64,000 bases of DNA, from contig JASGJN010000022.1 of NCBI GenBank assembly GCA_049840735.1, positions 224,001-288,000 on the forward strand, given 5' to 3'. The position numbers were made by a program, and so were the translations under genes. Below the pieces are notes generated by a model. That model saw only the letters and a program-made list of their open reading frames with translations, did no database searches and was not told the origin of the DNA. Numbering within the stretch: position 1 is the first letter of the stretch; every line of letters starts with the position of its first letter. The stretch is from Anaeromyxobacter sp. (GTDB lineage: Bacteria; Myxococcota; Myxococcia; Myxococcales; Anaeromyxobacteraceae). Of the stretch, positions 20,762-32,815 are shown one piece after another.

Positions 20762-20931
20762 GTCGAAGCGGCTCTGCTCGCCCCGACGGCCTGCCGCCGG
20801 GGCGATCCGGAGCCAGCGTGTCCCACCTGGACCGCGGAGGGCGCCGGGTGACCCCGGCACACGAGGGTTGACCGCCCGCTGGGCGCGTGTTTTATCCAGC
20901 CGTTCGGCACTCCTCGGAAGGGGTCACACGC

Positions 20932-22806
20932 ATGTCTCGTCTCGTCGCCGCCGCGGCCGCGGCGCTGCTCCTCGCGCCCCTCGTCGGGCGAGCCCAGGAC
21001 AACAAGGCCCCGGCGGCCCCCGCCAAGCCCGCTCCTGCCGCGAGCGCGCCCGTCACCGGCAACCCGGAGACCGACGCCAGGATCCAGGCCGCCATCCAGA
21101 AGGCGGTGGAGAAGGCCAAGGAGGACGTCCGCAACGAGCTGCGGGCCGAGATCGACTCGGCCAAGGCCGGCGCCGACTTCATGGGCACCGTGGCGCCCGG
21201 CCCCAAGCTCGAGTTCCTCGAGCTGGACGGCTACTTCCGCACCCGCGGCCAGCTGCTGGACGGCCTCGACCTCGGCCGCGACGTGGACAGCGCCGGCTAC
21301 TACATCTTCCCGGTCCCGCTCTCCAAGGGGAGCGACGGCGGCCCGGCCACCTTCGCCACCGCCAACATGCGGCTCCGGCTGGAGCCCACCCTCAACATCT
21401 CCGAGAACGTCCGGGTCCGCGCCCAGTTCGACATCCTCGACAACTACGTGCTCGGCTCGTCGGCCAACAAGCTGATGAACGCGCCGGGCAGCCCGTACCC
21501 GGTGCCGTTCTACGGCTCGACCGTCACCTACTACGCGAACGAGAAGACCCAGGACCGCGACCTCGTCCTGCCCAAGCGCGCCTGGGGTGAGGTGCAGACG
21601 CCGGTCGGCCTGCTCAGCTTCGGCCGCATGCCCTCGCACTGGGGCCTGGGCATGATGACCAACGCCGGGCGCGACATCGACGCCGACTACGGCGACTCGG
21701 TCGACCGGCTCCAGTTCGCGCTGCCCCCGGTGGCCACGCCCTTCGGCGCGCTCACCTTCGTGCCCATCATCGACTTCGACGCCGAGGGGCCGCTCTACAA
21801 CGACCCGGTCTACGGCTACGGCAGCGGCCAGCCGCTCGACGCCACCCAGGCCGACGACGCGCGCACCTACGCGCTGAAGGTGGCCCGCCTCGACACCGAC
21901 GACGAGCTGCGGCGCACCGTCGAGGCCGGCCGGTCGTCCTACAACTTCGGCCTCTACTACAACTACAAGACCCAGCGTTACACGTACCCGGCCTGGCTGG
22001 AGAACGGCTTCGGCGGCGACTACACCGAGTCCGACGGCAACCTGAAGCGGAACGGCTGGGCCCACGTCCTCAACTTCTGGAACCGCTGGCAGAACGGCAA
22101 GCTGCGCATCGAGGCCGAGGTCGCCGGCGTCTACGGCCACATCAGCGATCCGCGCAACGTGAACAGCACCACCGTGAAGGCGGTGCCGCTCGACATCGGG
22201 CAGTGGGGCGGCGTGCTGCAGCTCGAGTACAAGGTGCTGCCCAACAAGTTCACGCTGGGCGGCGAGCTCGGCGTCGCCAGCGGCGACAGCGCCCCCGGCT
22301 TCGGCAACCAGCCCAACCGCTACCACGCGGCCGCCGCCGAGGGCGACCTGCCCTACGCCCCCTCCTACGGCGCCATGGAGGGTCCGCAGTGGGGTTACCG
22401 CGGCGACCACTCCATCAACAACTTCCGGTTCAACCCGGCCTACACGGTCGACATGATCCTCTTCCGCCGCATCCTGGGGAACGTGACCGACGCCTGGTAC
22501 CTGCGGCCGAGCCTGCGCTGGGACATCTTCCCCGGCCTGACCCTCGACTCCGCGGTCATCTACTCGCAGGCGCTCTTCTCCGAGTCCACGCCCAGCTCCG
22601 CCTCCGAGGACGACTCGCAGGACAGCCGCCTCACCGACCGGGGCCACAAGCCGCTCGGCCTCGAGCTCGACAACCGGATCAGCCTGAAGACCGGCGACGG
22701 CTTCCTGACCTGGGGCGAGATCGGCCTGCTGCAGCCGCTCTCCGGCTTCGGCGTGGACACCAGCCGCGCCTGGGTCTTCAACTTCGGCTTCGCGGCCAAG
22801 TTCTAG
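20932..22806 (+). CDS. TIGR04551-type outer-membrane beta-barrel protein
   Basis: Signal peptide, [36 protein letters not shown]-terminal Phe. Confidence 0.75.
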   Translation: MSRLVAAAAAALLLAPLVGRAQDNKAPAAPAKPAPAASAPVTGNPETDARIQAAIQKAVEKAKEDVRNELRAEIDSAKAGADFMGTVAPGPKLEFLELDGYFRTRGQLLDGLDLGRDVDSAGYYIFPVPLSKGSDGGPATFATANMRLRLEPTLNISENVRVRAQFDILDNYVLGSSANKLMNAPGSPYPVPFYGSTVTYYANEKTQDRDLVLPKRAWGEVQTPVGLLSFGRMPSHWGLGMMTNAGRDIDADYGDSVDRLQFALPPVATPFGALTFVPIIDFDAEGPLYNDPVYGYGSGQPLDATQADDARTYALKVARLDTDDELRRTVEAGRSSYNFGLYYNYKTQRYTYPAWLENGFGGDYTESDGNLKRNGWAHVLNFWNRWQNGKLRIEAEVAGVYGHISDPRNVNSTTVKAVPLDIGQWGGVLQLEYKVLPNKFTLGGELGVASGDSAPGFGNQPNRYHAAAAEGDLPYAPSYGAMEGPQWGYRGDHSINNFRFNPAYTVDMILFRRILGNVTDAWYLRPSLRWDIFPGLTLDSAVIYSQALFSESTPSSASEDDSQDSRLTDRGHKPLGLELDNRISLKTGDGFLTWGEIGLLQPLSGFGVDTSRAWVFNFGFAAKF

Positions 22807-22924
22807 CCGACGCACCGCAGCGCGCCTCCCGCGGGCCCCGCCGCCGGCTCCTCCAGGGCTCGGGGTCGGGGCCCGCGCCGCTGGTGCCGGCGTGGGCGGA
22901 GGTGTGCTACCTTTCGCGGTCCCG

Positions 22925-24331
22925 ATGAGCAAGACGACGAAGGCGAAGCCCGTTTCCCGCGCGGCGCTGGCCGGCGAGGCCGATCCCCGCCTGGTGGCGA
23001 TGTCCGTCTCGATCCAGGACGACGGCGCGCTCTACGCCGAGGACATCCGCGGCAGCCAGGCCCACGTGACCATGCTGGCGGCGCAGGGCATCGTCCCGCG
23101 CGCCGTGGCGCGCCGGATCGTGGCCGCGCTCGACCAGGTCCGCGCCGAGTTCGCCGCCGGGAGGATCAAGCTCGACCCGGCGCTGGAGGACGTGCACACC
23201 CACGTCGAGCGCCGGCTGGGCGAGCTGGTGGGGCGGGACGCCGGCTACCTGCACGCCGGGCGCAGCCGCAACGACCAGGTCGCGCTCGACGAGCGGCTCT
23301 TCATCGTGGGGGCCTGCCAGCGGGTGGACGCCGCGCTGGCCGGGCTGCAGCGGGCGCTGCTGGGCCAGGCCCGCCGGCACGAGGCCACCATCCTGCCCGG
23401 CTACACCCATCTGCAGCGGGCGCAGCCGGTCTCGCTGGCGCACCACCTGCTGGCCTACGTCGAGATGCTGGGGCGCGATCGCGACCGGCTGGTGGACGTC
23501 CGCCGCCGCGCCGCGGTCTCCCCGCTCGGCTCCGGCGCGCTGGCCGGGACCACGCTGGCGCTTGACCGCGAGCGGGTGGCGCGCGAGCTGGGGCTCGACG
23601 GCGTGACCCAGAACTCGCTCGACGCGGTCTCGGACCGCGACTCCGCCGTCGAGCTGGTCTTCGCCTGCGCGCTGGCCGCCGTCCACCTCTCCCGCCTGGG
23701 CGAGGAGATCGTGCTCTGGACGGCCAGGGAGTTCGGCTTCATGACGCTGGCCGACGCCTTCGCCACCGGCTCGTCGCTCATGCCGCAGAAGAAGAACCCG
23801 GACGTGGGCGAGCTGGCCCGCGGCCGGGCCGGGCGCGCGCTGGGCGACCTGGTGGCGCTGCTCACCGTCGTGAAGGGGCTCCCGCTCTCGTACAACCGCG
23901 ACCTGCAGGAGGACAAGCGGCCGCTCCTGGACGCGCCCGCGGCGCTGGTGCTGACCACCGACGCGCTGGCCGGCGCGGTGGAGACCGCCACCTTCCACGC
24001 CGACGTCATGGAGGCCGCGCTGGGCTCCGGCGAGGCGCTGGCCACCGACGCCGCCGAGTACCTGGTCGAGCGCGGCGTGCCCTTCCGCGAGGCGCACGAG
24101 GCGGTGGGCAAGGCGGCCGCCTTCTCCACGGCGCAGGGGCGCTCCATGGCGAAGCTCACCGCCGCCGAGTGGGCCACCTTCCACAAGCGCTTCGAGAAGG
24201 ACGTCCTCCGCTGCTTCGACGCCCGCCGCAGCCTGCGCCGGCGCGACCTGCCCGGCGCGCCCGGGCCGCGGCAGGTGAGGGCCCAGCTGCGCCGCTGGGA
24301 GAAGGCCCTCGCCGCCCGGAGGCGGCCGTGA
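22925..24331 (+). CDS. argH: Argininosuccinate lyase
   Basis: [43 protein letters not shown]. Confidence 0.97.
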   Translation: MSKTTKAKPVSRAALAGEADPRLVAMSVSIQDDGALYAEDIRGSQAHVTMLAAQGIVPRAVARRIVAALDQVRAEFAAGRIKLDPALEDVHTHVERRLGELVGRDAGYLHAGRSRNDQVALDERLFIVGACQRVDAALAGLQRALLGQARRHEATILPGYTHLQRAQPVSLAHHLLAYVEMLGRDRDRLVDVRRRAAVSPLGSGALAGTTLALDRERVARELGLDGVTQNSLDAVSDRDSAVELVFACALAAVHLSRLGEEIVLWTAREFGFMTLADAFATGSSLMPQKKNPDVGELARGRAGRALGDLVALLTVVKGLPLSYNRDLQEDKRPLLDAPAALVLTTDALAGAVETATFHADVMEAALGSGEALATDAAEYLVERGVPFREAHEAVGKAAAFSTAQGRSMAKLTAAEWATFHKRFEKDVLRCFDARRSLRRRDLPGAPGPRQVRAQLRRWEKALAARRRP

Positions 24332-24540
24332 CCCGCCGCGGCCTGCGCTGCGCGCTCGCCGCCCTGCTGCTGGCCGGCTGCGGCATCAAGGGGCCGCCCC
24401 GGCCGCCGCTGCCGTCCCACCCCGCCGCGCCGGCGCAGCCGGCCGCGGCCGCCGGCGCCACCTCGGCCGACGCCCACCGCCCGCCCTCCGACCCCGCCGA
24501 CTGCGGCTGCGCCGCCCCCAGCCCCGCCCCCGCCCGATGA
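24328..24540 (+). CDS. Small LptM/LppL (YifL)-like lipoprotein
   Basis: [24 protein letters not shown]; position immediately before lysA with GTGA/ATGA overlaps. Confidence 0.75.
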   Translation: MTRRGLRCALAALLLAGCGIKGPPRPPLPSHPAAPAQPAAAAGATSADAHRPPSDPADCGCAAPSPAPAR

Positions 24541-25816
24541 ACCACTTCCAGCGCAAGAAGGGCGTCCTGCACGCCGAGGCCATCCCGCTCGAGGACCTGG
24601 CCCAGGCCCACGGCACGCCGCTCTACGTCTACTCCAGCGCCACCCTGACCCGGCACTGGCGCGTGCTGCACCGCTCGCTCAAGGGCCTCCGCCACCTGGT
24701 CTGCTTCGCGGTGAAGGCCAACGGCAACCTGGCCGTGCTCCGCAGGCTGGCCCAGCTCGGCTCCGGCTTCGACATCGTCTCCGGCGGCGAGCTCTACCGC
24801 GTGCTCAAGGCCGGCGGCGCGCCGCAGAAGGTGGTCTTCAGCGGCGTGGGCAAGCGCGACGACGAGATCGCCTTCGCGCTCGAGTCGGGCGTGAAGGTCA
24901 TCGACGTCGAGAGCGGCCCTGAGCTGGGGCGCGTCTCGGTGGTGGCGCGGCGGCTGGGCGTGCGCGCGCCCATCGCGCTGCGGGTCAACCCGGACGTGGA
25001 CCCGAAGACCCACCCGTACATCTCCACCGGCCTGCGCGAGAGCAAGTTCGGCGTCACGGTGGCGGACGCCCGCAAGCTCTACGCGCTGGCCGCCAAGGAC
25101 CCGGCGCTGGAGGTGCGCGGCGTCGCCTGCCACATCGGCTCGCAGCTCACCACGCTGCGCCCGTTCGTCGACGCGGTGGGGCGCATCCGCAAGCTGGCCG
25201 AGGACCTGCGGGCGGCCGGGGTGCCATCCGCCACCTGGACGTGGGCGGTGGCCTGGGCATCCCCTACGGCGACGGCGACGAGCCGCCCCACCCCGACGCC
25301 TACGGCGAGGCCGTCCGCAAGGCGCTGGCCTCCTTCGACGGCGAGGTGCTGCTCGAGCCGGGGCGCGTGCTGGTGGGGAACGCCGGCGTGCTGGTCACCC
25401 GCGTCCTGTTCGTGAAGCGGAGCGGGCGGAAGACCTTCGTGGTGGTGGACGCCGCCATGAACGACCTGATCCGCCCCTCGCTCTACGGCGCGCACCACGA
25501 GATCGAGCTGGCCGGGCCGCGGCGCCCCGGCGCGCGCGAGGTGGTCTGCGACGTGGTGGGGCCGGTCTGCGAGTCCACCGACTTCCTGGCCCGCAAGCGC
25601 CGGCTCCCGGAGCCCAGCGCGGGCGACCTGCTGGTGGTCCGGTCGGCCGGCGCCTACGGCTTCTCGATGGCGTCCAACTACAACGCCCGCCCCCGCGCCG
25701 CCGAGGTGGTGGTGGACGGCGAGCGCGCCCTGGTGGCGCGCAAGCGCGAGACCTACGCCGACCTGGTCCGGGGCGAGGACGCCGGGGGCGGGGCGGAGCG
25801 CAGGGCGCGCGGATAG
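24537..25816 (+). CDS. lysA: Diaminopimelate decarboxylase, frameshifted near 25225
   Basis: FAVKAN, HIGSQ in frame 1; [26 protein letters not shown] in frame 2; one added C restores [11 protein letters not shown]. Confidence 0.95.
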
Positions 25817-25888
25817 GTTAGAGTCCGGCCGGCGCCCACGGGCGCCGGCCCGGCAGGGCGCCTCGCGGCGCCGCACGAGGAGACCGGC

Positions 25889-26779
25889 ATGGCGAAGCTC
25901 GAAGGCTCGATGGTGGCGATCGTCACCCCGCTCAAGGACGGCGCGGTGGATCTGCCCGCGCTCCGCGAGCTGGTCGAGTGGCAGGTGGCCGAGGGGACGG
26001 ACGGGATCGTCCCCTGCGGCACCACCGGCGAGGGCGCGACCCTCACGGCGGCCGAGCGCGCGCAGGTGATCCGCACCACGGTGGAGGCGGTCCGCGGCCG
26101 CGCGGCGGTGATCGCCGGGGCCGGGTCCAACTCGACGGCCGAGGCCATCGAGGCGGTGAAGCTGGCGCGCGAGCTCAAGGCCGACGCCGCGCTGGTGGTC
26201 ACGCCCTACTACAACAAGCCCACGCAGGAGGGGCTGTACCGCCACTACCAGGCCATCTGGGACGCGGTCCGCTTCCCGGTGGTGGCCTACAACGTCCCCG
26301 CGCGCACCTCGGTGGACATGCTCCCCGAGACGGTGGCGCGGCTGGCGAAGGGCGGCGCGATCGTCGGCATCAAGGAGGCCACCGCCAACCTCGACCGCCA
26401 GGTCCAGCTGGTGGAGCTGATCGGGCGCGGCGGCTTCGCCTACCTGTCGGGCGACGACTTCACGGTCCTGCCCTACGTCGCCTGCGGCGGCCACGGCGTG
26501 ATCTCGGTGGTGGCCAACATCGCCCCGCGCGCCATGAAGGAGCTGGTCACCGCCGCCCGCCGCGCCGACCTGGCCCTCGCGCTGGAGCGGCAGGTGCGGC
26601 TGGCCGAGCTGAACCGCGTGATGTTCGTGGAGACCAACCCCGGGCCGGTCAAGGCGGCGGTGGCGCTGCTGGGGCGCTGCACCGGCGAGCTGCGGCTGCC
26701 GCTGGCGCCGGTCGCCGACGCCAGCCTGGTGAAGATCCGCGAGGCCATGGTCCGCTTCGGGCTGCTGGGCGCGGCGTAG
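25889..26779 (+). CDS. dapA: 4-hydroxy-tetrahydrodipicolinate synthase
   Basis: [34 protein letters not shown]. Confidence 0.97.
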   Translation: MAKLEGSMVAIVTPLKDGAVDLPALRELVEWQVAEGTDGIVPCGTTGEGATLTAAERAQVIRTTVEAVRGRAAVIAGAGSNSTAEAIEAVKLARELKADAALVVTPYYNKPTQEGLYRHYQAIWDAVRFPVVAYNVPARTSVDMLPETVARLAKGGAIVGIKEATANLDRQVQLVELIGRGGFAYLSGDDFTVLPYVACGGHGVISVVANIAPRAMKELVTAARRADLALALERQVRLAELNRVMFVETNPGPVKAAVALLGRCTGELRLPLAPVADASLVKIREAMVRFGLLGAA

Positions 26780-26787
26780 CACATCCA

Positions 26788-26862
26788 CCGCGCGTGGTGA
26801 GCCTGTCGAACCCCGCGCGCGGCGGTCCTGTGCGCGCCCTTCGACAGGCTCAGGGCGAGCGG
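26788..26862. repeat. Inverted pair of REP-like elements between dapA and dapB
   Basis: GTGAGCCTGTCGAACC ... CCCTTCGACAGGCTCAGGGCGAGCGG. Confidence 0.8.
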
Positions 26863-26885
26863 GTGTCTGCTCGAGGAGGCTCATC

Positions 26886-27695
26886 ATGAAGAAGGTCGTC
26901 GTCACCGGGGCCGCCGGCCGCATGGGCCGCGAGAACATCCGCCTGGTCCACGCCGCCGAGGGGCTCACGCTCCACGCCGCGGTGGAGCGCCCGGGCAACG
27001 CCACCGGGCAGGACGCCGGCGTGCTGGCCGGCCTGGGCCCGCTGGGCGTGGCCGTCGGCAGCGACCTGGACGCGGCGCTGGCCGGGGCCGACGTGGTCAT
27101 CGACTTCACCAGCCAGGAGGCCTCCGCCGAGCACGCCGCCCGCTGCGCGGCGCGCGGGGTGGCGCTCATCATCGGCTCCACCGGCTTCACGCCGGAGGGG
27201 AAGGCCCGGGTGGCCGAGGCGGCCCGGAGGATCCCCATCCTCCTCTCGCCCAACATGAGCGTGGGCGTGAACGTCATGTTCGAGCTGCTGCGCCGGGCCG
27301 CCGCCCTGCTGGGCGACGACTACGACGTGGAGATCGCCGAGATCCACCACAAGCGGAAGCGCGACGCGCCCTCCGGCACCGCCATGAAGCTGGGCGAGGT
27401 GGCGGCCGAGGCGCTGGGGCGCAAGCCGGACGAGGCGCTGGCCTTCACCCGCCATGGCCTGATCGGCGAGCGGCCGCCCTGGCAGATCGGCGTCCAGACG
27501 CTGCGCGGCGGCGACGTGGTGGGCGAGCACACGGTCTACTTCTTCGGGGAGGGCGAGCGGCTGGAGATCACCCACCGCGCCACCTCGCGCGAGCAGTTCG
27601 CGCGCGGCGCGGTGCGTGCCGCCGCCTGGCTGCCCGGGCGCCCGCCCGGCCTCTACGACATGAACGACGTGCTGGGGCTGCGGAGCAAGCCGTGA
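26886..27695 (+). CDS. dapB: 4-hydroxy-tetrahydrodipicolinate reductase
   Basis: [35 protein letters not shown]. Confidence 0.97.
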   Translation: MKKVVVTGAAGRMGRENIRLVHAAEGLTLHAAVERPGNATGQDAGVLAGLGPLGVAVGSDLDAALAGADVVIDFTSQEASAEHAARCAARGVALIIGSTGFTPEGKARVAEAARRIPILLSPNMSVGVNVMFELLRRAAALLGDDYDVEIAEIHHKRKRDAPSGTAMKLGEVAAEALGRKPDEALAFTRHGLIGERPPWQIGVQTLRGGDVVGEHTVYFFGEGERLEITHRATSREQFARGAVRAAAWLPGRPPGLYDMNDVLGLRSKP

Positions 27696-28444
27696 GGGTC
27701 TGCCGCTTCCGGCGCGAGGGGCAGGAGCGGTACGGCCTAGTCGAGGGCGACCGGATCCGGCCGCTCGGCGCGGCCCCCTGGGCCGGCGGGCTGCCGGACG
27801 GCGCGCCGGTGGCGCTGGCCGAGGTGGAGCTGCTGGCGCCGGTCGAGCCCAGCAAGGTGGTCTGCGTGGGGCGCAACTACCGCGCCCACGCGCGCGAGCT
27901 GGGCAACGAGGTCCCCGCCACGCCGCTCATCTTCCTCAAGCCCTCCACCGCGGTGATCGGGCCGCAGGAGGCCATCCGCTGCCCGGAGGGCTCGAGCGAG
28001 GTGCACCACGAGGCGGAGCTGGCCGTGGTGGTGGGGCGCCCGCTGGCGCGCGCCACGCCGGTCGAGGCCCGCCTGGCGGTGTTCGGCTACACCTGCCTCA
28101 ACGACGTCACCGCGCGCGACATCCAGCGCGAGGAGAAGCACTTCACCCGCGCCAAGGGGTTCGACACCTTCTGCCCCATCGGCCCGGTGGTGGAGACCGC
28201 CGCCGATCCGCTGGAGGCCTCGGTCGTCTGCCGGGTCAACGGCTCGGAGCGGCAGCGCGGCTCCACCCGCGACATGGTCTTCGACCCGTTCGCGCTGCTG
28301 GCCTTCATCTCCGGCGTGATGACGCTGCTGCCCGGGGACGTGGTGGCCACCGGCACGCCCGAGGGCGTGGGCGCCATCCGGCACGGCGACTGGGTGGAGG
28401 TCGAGGTCTCCGGCATCGGCGTGCTCCGCAACCCGGTGGTGTGA
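27692..28444 (+). CDS. Fumarylacetoacetate hydrolase family protein
   Basis: [32 protein letters not shown]. Confidence 0.92.
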   Translation: MRVCRFRREGQERYGLVEGDRIRPLGAAPWAGGLPDGAPVALAEVELLAPVEPSKVVCVGRNYRAHARELGNEVPATPLIFLKPSTAVIGPQEAIRCPEGSSEVHHEAELAVVVGRPLARATPVEARLAVFGYTCLNDVTARDIQREEKHFTRAKGFDTFCPIGPVVETAADPLEASVVCRVNGSERQRGSTRDMVFDPFALLAFISGVMTLLPGDVVATGTPEGVGAIRHGDWVEVEVSGIGVLRNPVV

Positions 28445-28666
28445 CGCCGCCCGCCGGCCTGCTCCGCCGGCGGGGGGCCCCGGGGCCGCCGCGCGCCCGG
28501 CCGTCCGGCCGGGGCGCCATGCCCCACGAGAACGTTCACACAAGGTGACGCCGGCTCCCCGCGAACGTTTGCGGGCGCACCGGGTCCTCCGCCACTTGCG
28601 GCGCCCCGCCTTGCGTCTTCGTGACGCTGGCGGAGGTAGGTGGATGGGCGTTAACGTCGCCTCCAC

Positions 28667-29161
28667 ATGCGCGCCTACGTGGGGATCGGCTCGAACCTCG
28701 GAGATCGCTGGGGGCACCTGGCCCTGGCTCACCGGCTGCTGCGGCAGGAGCCCAGGGTCGCGGTCACCCGCGCCTCGCGGGTCTACGACACGGCGCCCAT
28801 CGGGCCGCCGCAGGGGCGGTACCTGAACGCCGTGCTGGAGCTCGAGACCGAGCTGCCGGCCGCGGCGCTCCACGCGGTGCTGCAGCAGGTGGAGGACGCC
28901 GCCGGGCGCAAGCGCAACACCGGGCACAGGTGGGCGCCCCGCACGCTCGACCTCGACCTGCTGCTCTACGGCGACGAGGTCATCCGCGACCCGAACCTCC
29001 GGGTCCCGCACCCCGAGATCGCCTTCCGCCGCTTCGTGCTGGCGCCGCTGGCCGACCTCTGCCCGGACCGGGTCATCCCCGGCCTGGCCAGGACGGTGCG
29101 CGAGCTGCTGGCCCGCGCGCCGAAGGACGACGTGGCCACGGTGGGGCTGTTCCCGGGCTGA
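28667..29161 (+). CDS. folK: 2-amino-4-hydroxy-6-hydroxymethyldihydropteridine diphosphokinase
   Basis: IGSNLG, YLNAV, WAPRTLDLDLL, PHP, RRFVLAPL. Confidence 0.95.
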   Translation: MRAYVGIGSNLGDRWGHLALAHRLLRQEPRVAVTRASRVYDTAPIGPPQGRYLNAVLELETELPAAALHAVLQQVEDAAGRKRNTGHRWAPRTLDLDLLLYGDEVIRDPNLRVPHPEIAFRRFVLAPLADLCPDRVIPGLARTVRELLARAPKDDVATVGLFPG

Positions 29162-29177
29162 TCGCGGTCGTCCGCTG

Positions 29178-29287
29178 CCCTTCGACTCCGCGAGCCCTGC
29201 GGGTTCGCTACGCTCAGGGCGAACGGATCCCCTGGAGCCGTTCGGCCTGGGCGTAGGGCGCGCGCCCAGCGCACCCGGAGTCGAAGG
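29178..29287. repeat. Inverted pair of REP-like elements, each with an internal hairpin
   Basis: CCCTTCGACTCC..CTACGCTCAGGGCGAACGG followed by inverted CCGTTCGGCCTGGGCGTAG..GGAGTCGAAGG. Confidence 0.85.
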
Positions 29288-29311
29288 CCAGGGCTCGCGT
29301 CGAGGACGCGC

Positions 29312-29701
29312 TCACTGCACCGTGCCCGACTCCTCGTGGATGCAGAGGGTGTTGCCCTCCGTGTCCTTGAACCAGGCCGCCTTCTCCGAGCCCAGCACGC
29401 AGATGTGCCCCACCGTCTTGAGGCCGGGCAGGTCGTAGTCCTCGAAGCGGACGCCGCGGCTCTCCAGGTCCTGCACCTCGCGCTCCACGTCCCGCACCTC
29501 GAACGTGGCGGCGGTGTACTGGGCCTGCGTCGGCTCCTGGCGCGGCGACAGCTCCAGCGCCGTCCCGCCGGCCGAGTAGCGCACCCCGCCGTCCGGCCGC
29601 GGCCGCCCCGGCGTCAGCCCCAGCCGCTTCTCGTAGAACTGCCGCGCCCGCTGCACGTCGACCACCGGCAGGATGGTCGTGATCCGGCACTGGTCCAGCA
29701 T
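29312..29701 (-). CDS. VOC/glyoxalase family protein
   Basis: LPVVDVQRARQFYEKRLGL, AWFKDTEGN. Confidence 0.88.
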   Translation of the reverse strand: MLDQCRITTILPVVDVQRARQFYEKRLGLTPGRPRPDGGVRYSAGGTALELSPRQEPTQAQYTAATFEVRDVEREVQDLESRGVRFEDYDLPGLKTVGHICVLGSEKAAWFKDTEGNTLCIHEESGTVQ

Positions 29702-29794
29702 GGTGGCATCCTCCTCGCGCGGAAGCTGCCGCGGGCGCGGCCGCGGCGCAGCGCTCGGAGGGGGAGGCCGGATCCGGGGAAGCAGGCGGACGGG

Positions 29795-30475
29795 CTAGCG
29801 CCCGCGCGGCGGCTTGCCGGCGGCGGCCAGCACCGCGTCCACCGCCGCGGGCGGGAGCGGCTCGCACCGCCCGGCGGCGCGGGCCAGCAGCGCGATGCGC
29901 GCCACCCGCTCCAGCGTCTCCATCCGGTCGAAGGCCTCGGCCAGCGTGTGCCCCAGGGCCAGCGCGCCGTGGCGCTCCAGCAGGAACACCTCGTGGCCGG
30001 CCAGGTGCGGCGCCAGCGCGGCCGGCAGCTCGTCGGTGCCCGGGGTGGCGAACGGCACGCGCGCGATGGGCCCCAGCGTCACCGCCGCCTCCGGCACCAG
30101 GTCGTCCGGCGGCGGCAGCCCCGCCACCGTCAGCGCCACCGCGGTGAGCGGGTGGGCGTGCACCGCGGCCGCCGCGTCCGGCCGGGCGGCGTAGGCGGCC
30201 AGGTGCATGCGCACCTCGGTGGAGGCGCGCCCCGTCCCGCGCACCACCTGGCCGGACCCGTCCACGACCACCAGGTCGGCGGGCGCCAGCCGCGCCTTGT
30301 TCGCGCCCGACGGCGTGACCAGGAAGAGCCCGGGGCAGAGCCGGGCCGAGACGTTCCCCTCCGCGGCGCCGATCAGGTCGCGGGCGTGCAGCGCCCGGCA
30401 GACCTCGATCAGCTCGGCCCGGAGCAGGGCCTCGGCGGTGCGCGGCGCGCGGCGCAGGGCAGGGCGGTCCGGCAT
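29795..30475 (-). CDS. Class II aldolase/adducin family protein
   Basis: EGNVS, TPSG, STEVRMH, VHAHP, LERHG. Confidence 0.9.
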   Translation of the reverse strand: MPDRPALRRAPRTAEALLRAELIEVCRALHARDLIGAAEGNVSARLCPGLFLVTPSGANKARLAPADLVVVDGSGQVVRGTGRASTEVRMHLAAYAARPDAAAAVHAHPLTAVALTVAGLPPPDDLVPEAAVTLGPIARVPFATPGTDELPAALAPHLAGHEVFLLERHGALALGHTLAEAFDRMETLERVARIALLARAAGRCEPLPPAAVDAVLAAAGKPPRGR

Positions 30476-30478
30476 GGC

Positions 30479-31549
30479 CTAGAGGATCTTGGCGGCCAGC
30501 AGGTCCTGGACGTCGAGCAGGCCCACCGGCCGCCCCTCCTCGTCCACCACCGGCACCTGGTCGATGCGGGCCTGGCGCAGCACGCGGGCCGCGTCCACCA
30601 CCAGGCCGTCCGGGCGGACCGTGCGCGGGTTCTTCCCCATGGCCGTGGCCACCGGGCGTGCGAAGTCGGTCTGGTGGTGCTCCACCAGCCGGCGCAGGTC
30701 ACCGTCGGTGAAGATGCCCACCAGCTTGCCCTGCGCGTCGGTGACCGAGGTGGCGCCGGGCCGGCCGGGGGTCTCGGTCATGACCGCCACCGCGGCCGAG
30801 AGCGGCTGGTCCTCCCGCACCACCGGGTTGGCCTCGCTGGCGCGCATCAGCTCGCGGACCTTCATCAGGCCGCGCCCCAGCTTCCCGCCCGGGTGGAAGA
30901 GCGCGTACTCCTCCTTGTCGAAGGGGCGGTTGGCCAGCACGGTCATGGCCAGCGCGTCGCCCACCGCCAGCAGCACGGCGGTGGACGCGGTGGGGGCGAG
31001 CCCCATCGGGCAGGCCTCCTCGACGTTGCCGATGGCCAGCACCAGGTCGGCCGCGCGGGCCAGCGGGTTCACCCGGTCCCGCGTCATGGCGACGATCCGG
31101 ACGCCCATCTTCTTGAGCGCGGGGAGGAGGCGCAGGATCTCCTCGGTCTCGCCCGAGTTGGAGAGGGCGAAGACCACGTCGTCCCGCGCGATGCGCCCCA
31201 GGTCGCCGTGGGCCGCCTCCGCCGGGTGGACGTACAGCGAGGGGGTGCCGGTGGAGGCCAGGGTGGCGGAGATCTTCTGGGCCACGAACCCCGGCTTTCC
31301 CATGCCGGTGATCACCACCCGGCCCTTGCAGGACAGGATCCAGCGGACCGCCTGGGCGAACCCCTCGTCCAGCGGCACGGCGCCGATGGCGCGGGCCTCG
31401 GCCTCGACCACCGTCCGCGCGTAGGCGAGCAGGTCCCGGGTCTGCGGCTTGCGCGCCGGGGCCGGCGGGCGGGCCTTCCGTGCGGGGGAGGCGGCGGTCG
31501 CGGAGCGGCGGGGGAAGCGGACCACGCGGGCTTTCGGGCGGCTGGCCAT
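30479..31549 (-). CDS. kpsF: Arabinose-5-phosphate isomerase, KpsF/GutQ family (SIS + CBS)
   Basis: GMGKPG, EAAHGDLG, SNSGET, APTAST, HPGGKLG, TDGDLRR. Confidence 0.92.
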   Translation of the reverse strand: MASRPKARVVRFPRRSATAASPARKARPPAPARKPQTRDLLAYARTVVEAEARAIGAVPLDEGFAQAVRWILSCKGRVVITGMGKPGFVAQKISATLASTGTPSLYVHPAEAAHGDLGRIARDDVVFALSNSGETEEILRLLPALKKMGVRIVAMTRDRVNPLARAADLVLAIGNVEEACPMGLAPTASTAVLLAVGDALAMTVLANRPFDKEEYALFHPGGKLGRGLMKVRELMRASEANPVVREDQPLSAAVAVMTETPGRPGATSVTDAQGKLVGIFTDGDLRRLVEHHQTDFARPVATAMGKNPRTVRPDGLVVDAARVLRQARIDQVPVVDEEGRPVGLLDVQDLLAAKIL

Positions 31550-31632
31550 CGGGGGTTGTCTAGCACTTTCCAGGCCGTGGCGGCAGGTCGGCGCGTAGGC
31601 TACAGAACCCCCGTACAACCATCGGAGGCTAC

Positions 31633-32295
31633 ATGCAGTTCTTCATCGATTCGGCGGACGTCGGCGAGATCCGGAAGGCCCTGTCCATGGGCCTCTGCGA
31701 CGGGGTGACGACCAACCCCTCGCTGGTGGCCAAGACCGGCCGCGCCTTCGACGAGGTCCTGAAGGAGATCGTCTCCTTCGTCCCCGGCCCCATCTCCGCC
31801 GAGGTCACCGCCGTCGAGCACGACGGGATGATCCAGGAGGCGCACCACTACGCCAAGTTCGGCGAGCAGGTGGTGATCAAAATCCCGCTCATCCCCGAGG
31901 GGCTGCGCGCGGTGAAGACGCTCTCCGAGGAGGGCGTGAAGACCAACGTCACGCTCTGCTTCTCCGCCGTGCAGGCGCTCCTCGCGGCCAAGGCGGGCGC
32001 GACCTACATCTCGCCGTTCGTGGGCCGCCTGGACGACATCTCCGAGGAGGGCATGTCCACGGTGGCGGACATCGTCCAGATCTACCGGAACTACGGGTTC
32101 GAGACGAAGGTGCTGGTGGCCAGCGTCCGCCACCCCATCCACGTGCTCGAGGCCGCCCGGCTCGGGGCCGACGTGGCCACGCTCCCCTACAGCGTCATCG
32201 AGCAGCTGGCCAAGCACCCGCTCACCGACGCGGGGCTCAAGAAGTTCCTGGCCGACTGGGAGAAGGTCCCCAAGGCGCCCAAGCCGGGCAAGTAG
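31633..32295 (+). CDS. tal: Transaldolase / fructose-6-phosphate aldolase family
   Basis: [35 protein letters not shown]. Confidence 0.93.
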   Translation: MQFFIDSADVGEIRKALSMGLCDGVTTNPSLVAKTGRAFDEVLKEIVSFVPGPISAEVTAVEHDGMIQEAHHYAKFGEQVVIKIPLIPEGLRAVKTLSEEGVKTNVTLCFSAVQALLAAKAGATYISPFVGRLDDISEEGMSTVADIVQIYRNYGFETKVLVASVRHPIHVLEAARLGADVATLPYSVIEQLAKHPLTDAGLKKFLADWEKVPKAPKPGK

Positions 32296-32389
32296 CGCCC
32301 GCCCGCCCGTGGCCGCAGCGGGGGCGGGCTCCCCACGGCCGTGCCCCGTGCCCACGTTCCCCTCGGGCCGCGCTGCGGCCGGAGGGGGC

Positions 32390-32746
32390 ATGGACCACCG
32401 CTGGAAGCTCGAGCCACTGCGCCGCATCGGCGCGCTCCACGGCCACCGCGAGGTGCGGCTGCCGGACGAGCGCGGCGGCTGGCACCCGCTCCCGGCGGAC
32501 GTCCGCAGGCTGGTGCGGACGGCCGGGTCGGCGCTGGCGGCCACCTCGCTGGTGCTGGCCTTCGCGGCGGGCGCGCAGGCGCCGGTCTACGGCGCGGGCG
32601 ACGCGCGCATGAACGGCGCGCTGCCGTGGATCTTCGCGCTCTTCGCCGCCGCCGCCATCCTGGGCATCTTCCTGTTCGTGCTCTGGCTGGTGCGCGGGCC
32701 GTCCTCGCGGCCCCCGGGCGCGCCACCGCCGGGGCACGCGCCGTAG
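32390..32746 (+). CDS. Hypothetical small membrane protein
   Basis: GGAGG RBS; two hydrophobic segments. Confidence 0.55.
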   Translation: MDHRWKLEPLRRIGALHGHREVRLPDERGGWHPLPADVRRLVRTAGSALAATSLVLAFAAGAQAPVYGAGDARMNGALPWIFALFAAAAILGIFLFVLWLVRGPSSRPPGAPPPGHAP

Positions 32747-32815
32747 AGGCGGCCTCGGGGCCCAGGCTCCAGGCCCCAGGAGAAGCGGGCGCGCGTGCGG
32801 CGCCGGCTGCGGCGA

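Noticed and set aside
25215..25240. Programmed frameshift or true pseudogenisation of lysA
   Set aside because: No slippery heptamer; similar 1-bp indels occur in unrelated genes, so sequencing error is simpler
28615..28666. ZTP riboswitch-like words (CGTGAC..TGGCG..AGGTGG) before folK
   Set aside because: The CCAC..GGGAGC and CGCCUGGG elements are missing; kept only as an unassigned structured leader
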